The translations under genes and the position numbers were made by a program. From the NCBI RefSeq assembly GCF_011745625.1, contig NW_027191469.1, positions 124,001-188,000 on the forward strand: DNA of 64,000 nt. The letters are read 5' to 3'. The stretch comes from Cladosporium halotolerans. Its lineage: Eukaryota. Below, piece by piece: positions 52,390 through 64,000 of the stretch (position 1 is the stretch's first letter; each line of letters opens with the position of its first letter). Under the pieces are notes generated by a model. It saw only the letters and a list, made by a program, of their open reading frames with translations, had not been told where the DNA came from and did not search any database.

Positions 52390-54096
52390 CTAAACCTTAT
52401 AAAGCGAGTTAAGGAACCCCGCCGCAAGCTCATTGACAATGCTCTTGTCCGGCAGCGCGCCAGCAACACCATACAGCGCCGCGGCATCACCCTTCTTGCC
52501 ATCCTCCACCTGGCCCTTGACGCTTTCGACAACATCCTCCAGATCCTTCACCAGCTCCTCCACAGCCGCCACAATCGGCAGCGTGACCGCGACGTGGATC
52601 GCAGGCGGGTCCTGCAGCGCGTTCAAGTGCCAGCCCTTGGCCGACATGCCGTCCGCAACACTGTAGATGTCGACGAAGTCCGGCCCGTTCTTAGCGCCCA
52701 CAGGCGATCGGAACGCGACGACGGACACCATGGGCTTGCCGACGATCTGCAGCGAGTGCTTGAGCTTGGGGGACTCGCGGACGGCGTCCTCGACGCGCTT
52801 GGCAGCGCCGACAACCTTATGGCACGTGTCGATGTACCCGCTCTCGCCCATGTTCATGAGCGAAGCCCAGCAGCCAGCGATGAGGGCACCTGGGCGCGAG
52901 CCAGCCATGTTGGGCGACGCGTAGACGCCGCCGGACCAATCTGGGCAGATGTAGTACTGGAAGGAGCGCATGGCGGAAGAGCGGTAGAGGACGCAGCTGT
53001 TTCCCTTGGGCGCGAAGCCGTACTTGTGGGTGTCGACGGAGATGCTGGTGACGCCGGGGACGCGGAAATCGAAGTCCGGGGCGTCGAAGCCGGCGCGGGC
53101 GAGGAAGGGGATGACAAAGGAGCCGAGGCAGCAGTCCACGTGGAGGGGGAGGTTCTTGGAAACGGCGAGGCGGGAGAGCGCGGGGATGTCGTCGACGATG
53201 CCGTGCGGGAAGTTGGGCGCGGAGCCAACGAGCATGATCGTGTTGCTGTTGATCAGGCGGGAGACGTGGGAGGTCGAGACGCGGTAGGACGGGTGGGGGC
53301 AGGGGACCAGGTGGATCTTGATCTTGAAGTATTCGCCTGCTTTGCGGAACGCGGTGTGTGCTGTCTCCGGGAGGATGATCTCAGGCTCACGGACGCCACG
53401 CTCGTGATACGCCTTTTGCCTCGCGGCCAGAACAGCCATGAGAATCGACTCTGTACCACCGCTCGTGGTAACACCAGCACCAGTCTCCGGGGCATTGAAA
53501 AGCGCAAGGGTCATCGCCACCACCTCGGCCTCCATCTTCCTCACAGCGGGGAAGACATCCGGGTGAATCGGGTTGCTCACGCCAAACTTCCTAAACGCCT
53601 CGCCCTGCAGATCCGACAGCTCGTCGCCGCCGTGGTATACAGCACCGCTCACGCGTCCGTCCTCCCACCTCGTGTGCTTCATCTCTCCCAGCTTCTTCAG
53701 CTCCTCGCGGACCTGCTCAGCCGTCCAGCCCGAAGCCGGCAGCGCTGTGTACTTCGTCACGCCCGGCCCTGAAGGCACGAGCTTAGTCTCCAGCTCCATG
53801 ATCGCCTTGTCCACATCCGCTCTGACCTTTGCTTGCACGAAGGGGAGCTTCAGGAAGAGGCCGTAGAGGCGCTTGTAGACGTCCTTGTAGAGTCGCTCGA
53901 TCGCCCCAATGAGGCCGTAGCCGCGCAGGTGTATCCATGTCTTTCTCGTGTATCGCAGAATGAAAAGGACCAGGAGGAGATTGCGGATGATGTCGAGGCC
54001 CTGTGTCACGGCCTGTTGCCGCGAGCTGGGCCGGCTGAAGCTGTACTGCTTGCGGAAGTTCGGCAGGCTCACGGGGAGCCGCGAGGAGCCTGGCAT
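52390..54096 (-). CDS. DPL1: Sphinganine-1-phosphate lyase (PLP-dependent)
   Basis: N-terminal TM, GRVSGAVYHGG, TSGGTESI, HVDCCLGSF, PLP-lysine motif SISVDTHKYGFAPKG. Confidence 0.95.
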   Translation of the reverse strand: MPGSSRLPVSLPNFRKQYSFSRPSSRQQAVTQGLDIIRNLLLVLFILRYTRKTWIHLRGYGLIGAIERLYKDVYKRLYGLFLKLPFVQAKVRADVDKAIMELETKLVPSGPGVTKYTALPASGWTAEQVREELKKLGEMKHTRWEDGRVSGAVYHGGDELSDLQGEAFRKFGVSNPIHPDVFPAVRKMEAEVVAMTLALFNAPETGAGVTTSGGTESILMAVLAARQKAYHERGVREPEIILPETAHTAFRKAGEYFKIKIHLVPCPHPSYRVSTSHVSRLINSNTIMLVGSAPNFPHGIVDDIPALSRLAVSKNLPLHVDCCLGSFVIPFLARAGFDAPDFDFRVPGVTSISVDTHKYGFAPKGNSCVLYRSSAMRSFQYYICPDWSGGVYASPNMAGSRPGALIAGCWASLMNMGESGYIDTCHKVVGAAKRVEDAVRESPKLKHSLQIVGKPMVSVVAFRSPVGAKNGPDFVDIYSVADGMSAKGWHLNALQDPPAIHVAVTLPIVAAVEELVKDLEDVVESVKGQVEDGKKGDAAALYGVAGALPDKSIVNELAAGFLNSLYKV

Positions 54097-54517
54097 TGTG
54101 TCGAATGTTTGCAGTAGCTGATAGAAAATGCTACACACGCATACCCCGAGTCGCGACGGGAGTGCTTTGGCCGGTTTATATGGGAATGTCTTTGGACAAA
54201 GGGTCTAGGCTTAGGCTCAAAGTCAAAGCCAGACGTCAGAGGCGGAGTCGCTCGTAGCTCGGTCGTTTCGCTGTTCTGAGCGCTGCGCCCTATACGAACA
54301 GCCCAATCGGGCACGCAGACAATCAATTGGGCGCTCGTGGAACTCACGAGATACTGGGAACGCAATCACAAGGCATTGATGAGTTTTGTCCAATATCGTA
54401 CGGTATCTACAAATGCTTTTCGTGCTGCGCCGCAGGCAGCAACATTACCAAACATAACTTTCATCTAGCCGAGGTCTGTACTTTTGCCTTTGCTGTTGTC
54501 GAAACAGTTTCGTTATT

Positions 54518-56944
54518 TCATATCATGATGTACTCGCCATCCACACGGTCCATAGCCCTCCGCCAGCGGAACGCTTGCCTGCCCCTACACCCCATCGGAG
54601 GCTCACTGTCTCTCCTCCTCGCGTGAATTTCCATCTCCGGGCCGAGACGGACGTCCTCGTCCATCCAAACGCGCTCGAGGACTTCGAGGCAGGAAATGTT
54701 GTTGAAGAAGCCGCTCTCGCGTTGAATCTCGATGCACCGCGCGCGAATGAGGTCTCGGTGGCTTTCATCGACGCACTCTGTGCCGGCAATGAACAGTGGC
54801 CAGAGGAGGAACTTGTTCACACACGACGTGATTGGCAGTGCTGTGATGTGGTGAAGCACGAGGCTGACCGTGTGTTGGAACTGTGTTGCCGCAGATGGCA
54901 GGAAGGGGTACGCGAGTCGAGTGACGTAGAGCAATGCAGAGTAACGGAAGGACTCCGAGATATGCAGCAGGTCCCTCTGCTCAGCTGCCAGACGCGCCGG
55001 GTCGCTCTGGCTATCTGGCGCCGACGGCATCGTCGAGAAGTCCATCTGCCACTGCGTGAGGCGAATGCGAATGTCGTGCCATTCCGCCCAGAACTCGCGT
55101 CGGTCATCGAACGCGGGTCTGGACGGGTCATCAGCAGGGAAGTCAGAGTCGTCTTCGGGGATGATAGGCGATCCCCAGCCGTTCCCGTCGACGAACTTGT
55201 AGTCCATCGCGGACATGTATCTGTCAGCCTTGCCCATGGGCCACTTGCCCTCCCGTCCTTGGTACAGGACGCTCTGGGCCCGAGGACGGTCCCTGCCCCT
55301 CTGTGGTGATACCGGTCGTCCTTGGCTCAGAAGGTTAAGTCGTCCAAGCCGGGCAATGAGCTTGAAAAGGCGTCCATCGCAGCCGGAGAACTGTTCTAGC
55401 GCGCCGAGATTGGAATTGAAGTTCAGCATGTCCATACTGTCACTCTGGACTTGTGCTTCTCTGTCGTTGACCGCGGAGGTCATGACATCAAACCAAGTGA
55501 AGAACATCTCCACCCAGTCGGTGAAAATACTTTTAGTGTTGGGATCTCTCATCGACATCAGCTTTTGGACACCGGCAAGCTGGGTTTTGAACTTGCTGAA
55601 GCCAGTGTCGCAAACATGGAATAGACACAGGACCAGCAGAGTCGCGAGGACGGAATCGTCATGTGCCGCGCGAGGATCGGCCAGTTGCATGTTTAGTTGC
55701 TCGATCGACACTTGCTTGTAGCAGCTCTCTTCAGCTGTCGGTTGGGTAAGATCGTTGCTGTCGAAGCCACCCATGATCTCAGACACGAATCCGGTCTTGC
55801 GGTTCTCGATCTGACGCATGCGCATGTTGTTCGTTGCCAGTGCTGCAATAGCATGCTGTAGTCCCTCATTTTGTGTAGATAGGTTGATGATGTGCATGCG
55901 ATATGGATTGTCCGGGCTGTCAAATGCTACCAGAAAAGGGCAAATATGCTTGTCGTAGTATGAGATGAGTGATTGCAGTCGCGGCGACACGAAGAAGAAT
56001 GGCTGGTTGAAGCTGGAGTGCACTAGAGACACTTCGTCGTTGGTATTGCAGTCTTCTTGTTGCTGGATCTCCGCATTCAGAAAGTCTTCGCTGAACAAGG
56101 CGTTGCTGAAAGACGAAATCTGCGTTGGTTCGATGTTCTCAATGTTGTGTCCGGACCCTGCACTGTGCAGGGAATCGATGCTGGAGCTGAGTGATTGCGG
56201 ATATGAATCAGTGCCGGAATGAAGTGATGGAATGTCCAAGTAAGATTCCATGTTCTGGTGATGATCTGCGTAAATCGGCGCCGCCGGAGTATGCGGGAAC
56301 TCGTTGGGCGAGTTCCATTCGTCGGCATATGAACTCATGGACATGGCGGACATGGGATATGCGTCATGCTCGAATGAAGGGCTGAAGGCCGTTTGAAGCC
56401 GGTCCGGCGGCGAGCTGCCGGATACCATCCGTCTATGGTTCAGGAATCCAGGGACATGCCAGCCATCTTGAAGTTGTGGCGGTGGGATGGGAATGCTGAG
56501 TGGCGGATACGACGTCTCGTTCGTGGGCGGCGATGCTGGTGCCTGAGATGAGGCTGGGTTCGATGTGGACGGTTTCGGCGTCGCTGCAGAATCAACGGCA
56601 GTTCCAAGCAACGAACTCTTCCTACGCTTTGCTACGCCTTTAGCAGTGCCAGAATCGCCTGCGTCTGGCTTCCTGCTCGCTACGGGGCTTGAAAGCCCAC
56701 GAAGCTTGCCTCGACTAGCTACGCCCACACCCCAGGTCAACGTCGTCTTGTATCCCGAGCAGTCCTTGCCGATCTGGATACATGGCGTGCAGTACGGACG
56801 CTTCCTGTCACAAGCTACAGCACGCTTGCGGCAGGTGAAGCAGTCGTCCTGGGCGCCCCCAGCACCGGTTCTTCTACGCCTCTTTTTGGGTGGGGCTGTT
56901 GTGGCTCCCGTATCGTGGACCGGATCCTCTGGAGGAACAGTCAT
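54518..56944 (-). CDS. acr-2: Zn(II)2Cys6 transcription factor, Acr-2-like
   Basis: KKRRRRT..DDCFTC..CDRKRPYC..C..GKDCSGYKTTLTWGVGVASRGKLRG plus C-terminal fungal TF domain (LLWPLFIAGTEC). Probable start MTVPPED. Confidence 0.85.
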   Translation of the reverse strand: MTVPPEDPVHDTGATTAPPKKRRRRTGAGGAQDDCFTCRKRAVACDRKRPYCTPCIQIGKDCSGYKTTLTWGVGVASRGKLRGLSSPVASRKPDAGDSGTAKGVAKRRKSSLLGTAVDSAATPKPSTSNPASSQAPASPPTNETSYPPLSIPIPPPQLQDGWHVPGFLNHRRMVSGSSPPDRLQTAFSPSFEHDAYPMSAMSMSSYADEWNSPNEFPHTPAAPIYADHHQNMESYLDIPSLHSGTDSYPQSLSSSIDSLHSAGSGHNIENIEPTQISSFSNALFSEDFLNAEIQQQEDCNTNDEVSLVHSSFNQPFFFVSPRLQSLISYYDKHICPFLVAFDSPDNPYRMHIINLSTQNEGLQHAIAALATNNMRMRQIENRKTGFVSEIMGGFDSNDLTQPTAEESCYKQVSIEQLNMQLADPRAAHDDSVLATLLVLCLFHVCDTGFSKFKTQLAGVQKLMSMRDPNTKSIFTDWVEMFFTWFDVMTSAVNDREAQVQSDSMDMLNFNSNLGALEQFSGCDGRLFKLIARLGRLNLLSQGRPVSPQRGRDRPRAQSVLYQGREGKWPMGKADRYMSAMDYKFVDGNGWGSPIIPEDDSDFPADDPSRPAFDDRREFWAEWHDIRIRLTQWQMDFSTMPSAPDSQSDPARLAAEQRDLLHISESFRYSALLYVTRLAYPFLPSAATQFQHTVSLVLHHITALPITSCVNKFLLWPLFIAGTECVDESHRDLIRARCIEIQRESGFFNNISCLEVLERVWMDEDVRLGPEMEIHARRRDSEPPMGCRGRQAFRWRRAMDRVDGEYIMI

Positions 56945-57442
56945 GTCGTAATGCGTGGGTGCTCGGCTCGACCGGACGTCGAAACAAAGCAAACAATGAA
57001 GGGTATCGTTAACGGAAAGATGTGAGATGCGAGATTGAGAGCTGACGGCAAGGGCTACACGCCTGGGAGGCAGAGGCGGTTGAATGGAGGGAGATGGGGA
57101 GCCATTGCTAGTAAAAGGCTCTAGATCTGCTGTACGCCAATCCCTAGTGGAAAGCAAGCTGCAATCGTCAAGTACTGGACGACAGGGCCTACGGCGGCCT
57201 ACCGTTAGCGTAGTGTCAGTGCGCGCTACTGGAGGGAGGGGAGCGTTGTGCTACTGTACAGTCGCGTGCGGGCCCGATGCGCAGCATGTCGTTCCCTGCT
57301 GATCAAATGTCACAGCCCGGGAAGAAATCGAACATACTTCGCCAGGAGCCTCTTGGGCCGCAGGGCTTCCGGCGGCTTAAGGTACTATGCAGGTGCTGCG
57401 TATGACCGACGCCCGCGAAGCGTTCGAATGTTCGATAGACGT

Positions 57443-57476
57443 GCGCCCCCTCGCGCCCCCTCGCGCCCCCTCGCGC
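57443..57476. repeat. Tandem 10-mer (GCGCCCCCTC)x3.4 upstream of the acr-2-like gene
   Basis: Read directly. Each full unit contains CCCCT, the STRE core. Confidence 0.85.
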
Positions 57477-60337
57477 ATCTCACCGACGCTTCCGCAGCGG
57501 CCGGAGGCTTGCAGATCGCCTTGCCGCGAGGCATCTTCACCCCACTGCCAGAACGTGCCTCTAGCGTGGGGCCCCTGCCGAGCGGCGCCGTTGCAGGCCG
57601 GATGGTAACCGAGAGGTCAGCCCGGGCTGCAGGTTCGAAATTGGAGCGCCACCGGCGAGTTGGCAAATTGCGCAGCGCGGCTAGAAGCCCACCAATCTCA
57701 TGGAAGCATGCACGATAGAGATGCGCCCACCGCAGCCCGGCGCACTGCCCTGCCGAGGCTGCTGGCGGACATTGTCCTCGCCGTTGATAACGCAATCATG
57801 GCCGCTGATAGTGCGATAAGCACGCGAGCCTGCTGGCCTCCTGGCCTTCGTGAAGATCCACAGCCAGGCGTCCAGCCCGCGCGAGCCCGGTGGACATCAC
57901 TTAGCCGGCGGGAGTTATACTGCTGTGCAGCCTCGAGCCCTCCAGCCCTCCACTGCCCGCCAGCAGTGAGGTCCCGACCACATACGCCATCGCCCGAAGG
58001 ACCGAACCCTGATCCTGCGGCCGACCAAACGAAGCCAGTCGCCCGAGGAAGTTCGCTGCTAAGGCGTTCGCGCCCGCCACTCCAGCCGTAGCGCCAGGCC
58101 AGCAGAGCTTGACCGACTCCATTACAGAGGGCATACCGGCTCCTACAGTCATGGAAATGCCAGACGGATCACGAGACGCCGGACGGCGTGGCGGCGGCTT
58201 GCAACCACCTCCGCATCCTGCGAACTCTCCCCAGCTCTTTGAAAGGAAACCATGACAGCAGAAATCTCCAAGCCGTGCTGGTCGACAAACGACCCCGCCT
58301 CCCCGCAATTGTTCTGGTGACAGCGCGGTTGGGGGCGATCGCATGAGGGGGCGAGGCGTGCCATAGTGCGGTTTTGTCCCGTGTCTAGCAGCGCGCAGCG
58401 GTCTCCATTCAACCTGTTCGTCGTGAGATAGTAGCGCGCGGCTCGTGCAACGGCTCGGAGGAGGGCTTTTGGCTCTGGTTCAAAGGTCGCCGCGCCGGAG
58501 CAATGTGAGCCCGGGTCACATGATCCCTTACGGTTTACAGAACGTTATGCGAGCGAGCAGACTCCACCATGGGCGCCTGATCACTGTTGTTATAGTGTAC
58601 TATGCCCGTCGTTGATGTCTCGCCAGATACTCCACTAATGATCTTCAGCTGCAGGAACGGCCTTCCTTCGGTGTTGTCGCGATTTGGCTGTGTCAGCGGC
58701 GGTGGCGGCAACTTTGCTTCGCTTGGACATCCCACCTGCGAACGCCATGTATTTGTGGAGGCCCGAGTGGCCTGAGGCTCGGATTTGCTTCGCACTTTCG
58801 ACCGCACGCAATACCTATCTCTTGCATGTGAAAGCGAATGCGGATGAATAATAAACAATTGTTCGGCCGCCGGTCCTGATCTGGCAATCATCACGGCCAT
58901 GGCATCGACATCAGTTCAAGGCCCGCGCGTCAGTGCTTCGATGTTCATTGCAAGGTGTGAAGTCTGCAGATACTTTACGCCTCAACGGCGTCGGGTTCTT
59001 GTGGTAAAAGCCCCGTTGTTTCATGTCTCGATAATTTGCCTTGAAAGCACCGACGCGACTTGATGTCGTTGAGCAAGTCCTCCCACTCTCCGTAAGCGAA
59101 GGTATAACTTAGTCCATCAGGGGAAATTGCTCACGAGAGCTGTGACGTGAGGCAGAACGAGCCGAAGTCTATTGCAATCAAAGTCGTGAATTGTGCTGTC
59201 GTTTGTGTTCTTCCACGCGAGCAGCGGTTCTGTGTAGCTCTCGTTTTGGATGAAGTGACAAAAGGGGCACTTCTCAGGCAACACCAGCACCACCAAGTCG
59301 CAAACTCCGCACAGTGTCGCCCTGCTTGAAACACCAAAGCAATGTTTGTTGGCCTGTTGAAGGCCGTCAACGTACGCACAGCAAATCAAGAAGTCTGAAG
59401 TCAAGGGACTTCTGCTGACCCTTTCAGAGGCCACCAATGCGACAGGGCTTCTTCACCCGTAGGAGGAAAGACTTGTCACCTGGGCAGCTAATGTCGACAC
59501 TACGAAACAACGGACAGCGTTCGAACTTGCAGCCATATTTTAACATTTGTTCGGACGTGATCTTTACCAGCGCCCACAGTGTTCCGAAAAAACGTTATTG
59601 GACCCGATCCATGATCCTGCCAATCAGAGTGCAAACGATGCGGTCACATTGGCATTGCCTCACGTCGATGAAATGACTGCAGGAGGCCAGACATCAAAAA
59701 CAGTACCCGCACGAAACGCCTCATCTTCCAGTGAAAACCTGCTTCTTCATCCTCGACGTGTTAACCTGTCCGCAGATGTTGCAACACGAGTCAAGTCATG
59801 TTGATCCGGCTGGAGCTTGGACCATCAGGGTATGTTCACAACGCAGCTCTTCAAACCGCAGGGAGAAGACTTTCTGCAACCAAGGAGGTGTTTTTACAGT
59901 GGTTTGAGATACCAACTTGTCTCGATCGTTGTCCACACGCAGAATCAGGGTCGCCTTGTGGATGGATCATGTCCGAGCGCCTCTACAGCTAGCGGCGGCG
60001 TCTGTAGCCCTGGAAACCTGCGGACACACGCTCGGACCGGCTACATGCCTGCTGCGCCCTCCTCCCTACTCTGCACTTTGAGTAACGTACGCACCCGCCG
60101 AGTCTCCGTTTGTGTCGGTGTCAAAATCTTCAGCACGGTGAGTACCTCATGGCGTGACGTTTTCTGATAAGGAAGGGTCTCGGATTTGCTGACATGCTAT
60201 AGCTCCTTCGTCTTAACTTTGCTGCACTGTGCCGTCATCGCACCCGCGCGATCAACGCCAGTTGTCTTTCCCCATCAATTCCACGCCGAACACAGTCGCG
60301 ACGACAGTAAATACTCCCACGCACAATACACGCCACA

Positions 60338-61207
60338 ATGCGCGCCTCTGCCGTCGTTCTGGCTCTGCCGGCCCTCTCGGTCGCGCAGCAGATCCCTATC
60401 CTTGACCAGGTGAAGGGCTGGTTCGCGCAGGCTTCTGAGACCGTCTCTTCTGCCATTCCCTCTGCGCCCTCCGTCGAGTCGATCCCGAACCCCGTCGATG
60501 CTGCCACCGCCAAGGTCGCCGACGTCCAGGTCCAGCGCCTGACCATCGACAACCACAAGGAGCTCATCAAGCCCGGCGCCGCGACGGCCACCCCTGGCAT
60601 TGAGGAATGGATGGTCTTCGTGACCGGCGGCAACAACAGCTGCTTCGGCATGTGCCAGCGCGCCGAGTCCGCCTTCAACGGCTCTGTGGCCCTCTTGTCC
60701 GCGACCCCCAACCCGCCCAACCTCGCCTACCTGAACTGTGAGACCGACGGGCCTCTCTGCAACGGCTGGTCCGTCAGCCCGCCCAAGGTTATGCACATTC
60801 AGGTGCCGCAGCCGCTCCCCGACCAGACCACCCCGGTCACCACCGTCCGCTACATCTACACCAACCGCACCACCATCTCCGCCCCGGAGGTCGCTGCCAT
60901 CCACCTTGAAGAGAAGTACAAGGAGACCGAGCCTTACGAGGGTTTCTTCCACCCGTTCAACGGCCCGCTCGCTGAGTACGGCCTCAACCTTCCCATCGGC
61001 TACGCTATCTGGGGCTTCTCCAAGATCCCCAGCTGGGCTTTCATGATCGGTGTCAGCTTCATCAGCAGGAACATCATGTAAGCGTTCCTTAAAGCTTCTT
61101 AGCATTTTCGCGCACGCTAACAATTCTCTAGGGGCAGACAGGCAGCTCGCCGCAGCGGCGCTGGTGCTGGTGGTGCTCCCGCCGCTGCTCCCGCCGCTCG
61201 CCAGTAA
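60338..61207 (+). CDS. Secretory-pathway thioredoxin-fold-like membrane protein; exons 60338-61077, 61132-61207
   Basis: Signal peptide, EEWMVFVTGG..CFGMC, LAYLNCE...LCNGWSV..P, YEGFFHPFNG, C-terminal hydrophobic segment. Confidence 0.8.
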
Positions 61208-61601
61208 AGTGCTCGAATGAGCATCCGCGCAAGGCAGCCTATTTTTGGATAATCAAACAGCTTCACACCTCTGTTCAGGCGTAGGAAACACGCCTCGCCC
61301 AGTGCTGAGCAAGCACGGGCGTCTTGTTCGGACGCACACGAACACTCTGTATACTGCGTTATATCCTTGGATCTTAGAGGTCTACAGACCGCTTATCTAT
61401 TGAAATATTGAGATGTCGAATGAAAAGTTTGTAATCTTTCCAAGATACCACAGGTGTTCCCTTCTTCTGACGATTTGCTCTCACCATGCGGATGACGTGC
61501 CTTCCGTTCTCCACAACAGCATGCCCGACCCATTCGAACAGCAACATAGAGAGTCCTCCCGAGTCTCAACCTCAAACACGCACACATGTCTCACAATCCC
61601 C

Positions 61602-62495
61602 TCAACCCCTCGGCAACCCCACGCTCGCAACCTCCACATACTCCTCCCCCAGCACCACCCCACCCTCCCCAACCACTTTCCTCGCCCCCATCTCACAAAT
61701 CGCCACGCGATCCAGCACAACTCCCGCCGCCCACACGCACCCCTCATACCTCTCCAACAACCCCCTCGCGTCAAACTTCAGCAGCGCGTTCGCGTCCGGC
61801 CCGTGCCCGCTGCCCCTCCCGCGGCCTTTGGCGTAGATCGTGTTCACCAGCGTCGCGTGCAGTTTCAGCGGGCGGGAGTCCGGGACGAGGAGGTTCTGGG
61901 CGCGGAAGAGGGATTGGAGGGCGAGGCAGAAGGGGTGCAGGCGTAGGGAGGGGTCGGCGGGGGCCGTGTAGAGGATTGAGGTGGACCGGGGGGCGTGCAT
62001 GGAGGTTAGGGATTTGAGGTCGATGCGGAGGGGTTTGGGGGCTGTTGGGGGAGGGGAGATCGCGGTCGAGAGGGAAGACGGGGGATCGGTCTGATCTGTT
62101 GGTTGGGTGTTGGGGAATTCGGGGTTTGAGGCGGCTGCGGCAGTTGAGAGGAGGTTTTCGACGTCGATGCTTTTTAGCAAGGTGATCGCTTCGTTTAGTT
62201 GTTCTTCATTGAGGCTCATTACGCCGAGAGTGCAGTGCAGTACACCGACTGGTCTGATTGCTTTCGGATGGATTCGCGTTGCTGCCTGGTTTACATCGTT
62301 CGTAGAGCCTTCGAGTGTAGGACTGGGTTCGTCCGTCTGAGTTGATTCATTGAATGAAACATCGTCGCGGAATGACTGCAGGCTAGCCTCAAGCTGAGGC
62401 TTGGAAGCAGCAGTGACTAGTGGTAGGCACAAGAAATGCGTCAAAGGAGGCTTTTTCTGCACCGGTGGCTTTCTTGGACCTCGTCCTCGCGGCAT
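61602..62495 (-). CDS. 2H phosphoesterase (AKAP7/ASCC1-like 2'-5' RNA ligase-like domain)
   Basis: LTHFLCLPL and two HxT motifs (LHCTLGVM, LHATLVNT). Probable start MPRGRG. Confidence 0.87.
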   Translation of the reverse strand: MPRGRGPRKPPVQKKPPLTHFLCLPLVTAASKPQLEASLQSFRDDVSFNESTQTDEPSPTLEGSTNDVNQAATRIHPKAIRPVGVLHCTLGVMSLNEEQLNEAITLLKSIDVENLLSTAAAASNPEFPNTQPTDQTDPPSSLSTAISPPPTAPKPLRIDLKSLTSMHAPRSTSILYTAPADPSLRLHPFCLALQSLFRAQNLLVPDSRPLKLHATLVNTIYAKGRGRGSGHGPDANALLKFDARGLLERYEGCVWAAGVVLDRVAICEMGARKVVGEGGVVLGEEYVEVASVGLPRG

Positions 62496-63009
62496 TACGG
62501 TGAAAGATCGTTGATATGGAGTTAAACGACACGTCTGGCCGAGCAAAAGGCGGCCCTGAGTCTTCAGCGCGATGAACGAAGAATACAAGTAATCGCCGTA
62601 TTCGAACTGAAGAAGCGTCTTGTATGGCCGTTTGATGCTTCTCAGAGTGACGGACATTTAATGCTCACGATGGCTCATCTCTCGACCGAAATCGAAATCA
62701 TCAGGCATTCAGCTTGATAAACGTTGATCATTACGAGGCCTGCTGGCTCCTTTTTCCCGATTGAAGACGTATAGCTCAGTCAGACGAGAAATAGCAACTG
62801 AGACCAAATTAAATGAAAAAGGTGAATGGTACATGCATGCTGATGTGTTTGTTCTTGTACTTCGCCCATCTGCAGCATACGGAAGCTGCCGAGCAGTTTC
62901 CCTGGAATGACCTCACACTCGCAGTCACACATCCCACTTTCGCGATCTAGGCCACGCGAAGTCAACACACCACTCTCTAGGCCAACAGACCCGCTCCCAC
63001 ACAACCAAC

Positions 63010-63969
63010 ATGGCCGAAACTGCGGCGACGACGGGCAACGATGTCCCCGAGAACGAGACCCCAAACCAAAAAGCCGCACGCCTGCGCCGCGAAAAACGAA
63101 ATGCCAAAATGGCCGCAACAGGCGAGGAGCGTCTGGCAAAGATCAAAGGCTTGAACGGCGGTGTCGCACCGCCCGACGAAGCTCTAGGAGGACCGACTGT
63201 CGCACCGGCTGCTCCCAAGCCTGCCACCGTGGACGACCCGGAGGAAGTCGACATTTCGGACCACCCGTATACCTCGAAGAATGTCTCGCAGACTGGAACA
63301 CCCAGAGAGAGCGCTCCTCAGCAGGGCGACCCGCTCATGCAGGCTATGATGCAGATGCAAGCTCAGCAGGCGCAGCAGAACCAGGCTCAGGGCGGCGGCG
63401 AGGAGGATCCCATGATGAAGATGATGCAGCAGCTTATGGGCATGCAGCCTGGGCAGGACCCGAATGATCCGAACGCTATGCCTCAGGAGATTCCGCAGAT
63501 GGCACAGATGCTTAGCACGATGATGGGAGGTGGTGGAATGGGAGGCGGCCAGCAGCAGCCGGTTAACAGCTCGGCGTACCTCTGGAGGATCGTGCACGCC
63601 CTGTCAGCTTTGGTCATTGCCGTCTACATCACGCTTACCACTACCTTCAGCGGGTCGAAGCTCGCCAGGACCGAGGATGTATTCGTCCAGGATGCTGGCT
63701 ACGGGCTTGGATCGAGACCGTTTCTCATATTCGCAACCACGGAGCTCATTCTGCAAACGTCAAGATATTTCATGGAGAAAGGTCAGCTGCAAGGGAGCGG
63801 CATTTTGGCGACTATCGCGAATAGCGGCTTCGTGCCTGAACCCTGGGCGCAGATGATCCGCACGATCGGAAGGTACTCTACGATCTACACCACGATTGTG
63901 GCTGATGCTATGGTTGTTATCTTCGTGTTTGGCGCGGTTGCTTGGTGGAAAGGCCTGGCGGCATCGTGA
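63010..63969 (+). CDS. GET2: GET pathway receptor Get2/CAML-like
   Basis: N-terminal ARLRREKRNAKM...ERLAKI motif, Q/M-rich linker, three C-terminal TM segments. Confidence 0.85.
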   Translation: MAETAATTGNDVPENETPNQKAARLRREKRNAKMAATGEERLAKIKGLNGGVAPPDEALGGPTVAPAAPKPATVDDPEEVDISDHPYTSKNVSQTGTPRESAPQQGDPLMQAMMQMQAQQAQQNQAQGGGEEDPMMKMMQQLMGMQPGQDPNDPNAMPQEIPQMAQMLSTMMGGGGMGGGQQQPVNSSAYLWRIVHALSALVIAVYITLTTTFSGSKLARTEDVFVQDAGYGLGSRPFLIFATTELILQTSRYFMEKGQLQGSGILATIANSGFVPEPWAQMIRTIGRYSTIYTTIVADAMVVIFVFGAVAWWKGLAAS

Positions 63970-64000
63970 AGGCAGATTTGATTCCCATTTTGCGCGTTGA

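Noticed and set aside
52327..53772. Long antisense ORFs (481 aa here; also 4572..5474, 16147..17076, 41810..42979, 44612..45676, 60275..61123)
   Set aside because: These are shadows of sense genes with strong C/G-ending codon bias and carry no recognisable motifs.
41927..54096. PSD2 and DPL1 proximity as an ethanolamine-lipid gene cluster
   Set aside because: They are separated by unrelated genes, and there is no evidence beyond chance neighbourhood.
57596..57655. tRNA-like text (CCGAGAGGTC...GCAGGTTCGAAA)
   Set aside because: The T-stem does not pair (GCAGG vs TTGGA) and no acceptor or anticodon stems form.
57900..60200. Short ORFs between the acr-2-like gene and the thioredoxin-fold gene
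   Set aside because: No coherent exon chain, codon bias or motif. Treated as intergenic, although a degenerate gene cannot be excluded.

Overview
This is gene-dense eukaryotic DNA from a filamentous ascomycete, shown by short GT-AG introns with CTRAC/CTRAY branch sites; a Dothideomycete/Mycosphaerellaceae-like host is an inference only. About 23 protein-coding genes can be reconstructed: GMC oxidoreductase, M28 aminopeptidase, siderophore MFS transporter, MNN9, a Pom1-like DYRK kinase, an Obg-family GTPase, a HAD hydrolase, FYV10/Gid9, two Zn2Cys6 factors (one acr-2-like), an NCS1 permease, PSD2, an S10 carboxypeptidase, an MLRQ/COXFA4-like subunit, COX12, DPL1, a thioredoxin-fold membrane protein, a 2H phosphoesterase, GET2 and several hypotheticals. 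The most notable signals are not in the ORF track. (1) A ~1.4 kb structured non-coding locus at ~23880-25310 has telomerase-RNA core architecture: enclosing helix, boundary hairpin, CCUAACCC template and pseudoknot. (2) The NCS1 permease contains a spliceosomal twin intron ([D1,2]/[A2,3]). (3) COX12 has a 3-nt micro-exon and is head-to-head with an unannotated MLRQ-type gene. (4) One gene is a candidate fungal HEIP1/REDIC1 crossover factor. (5) Clustered SreA-type iron boxes lie upstream of the siderophore transporter. No transposon, tRNA, rRNA or CRISPR was seen. All structure and family calls were made by eye, without database searches.
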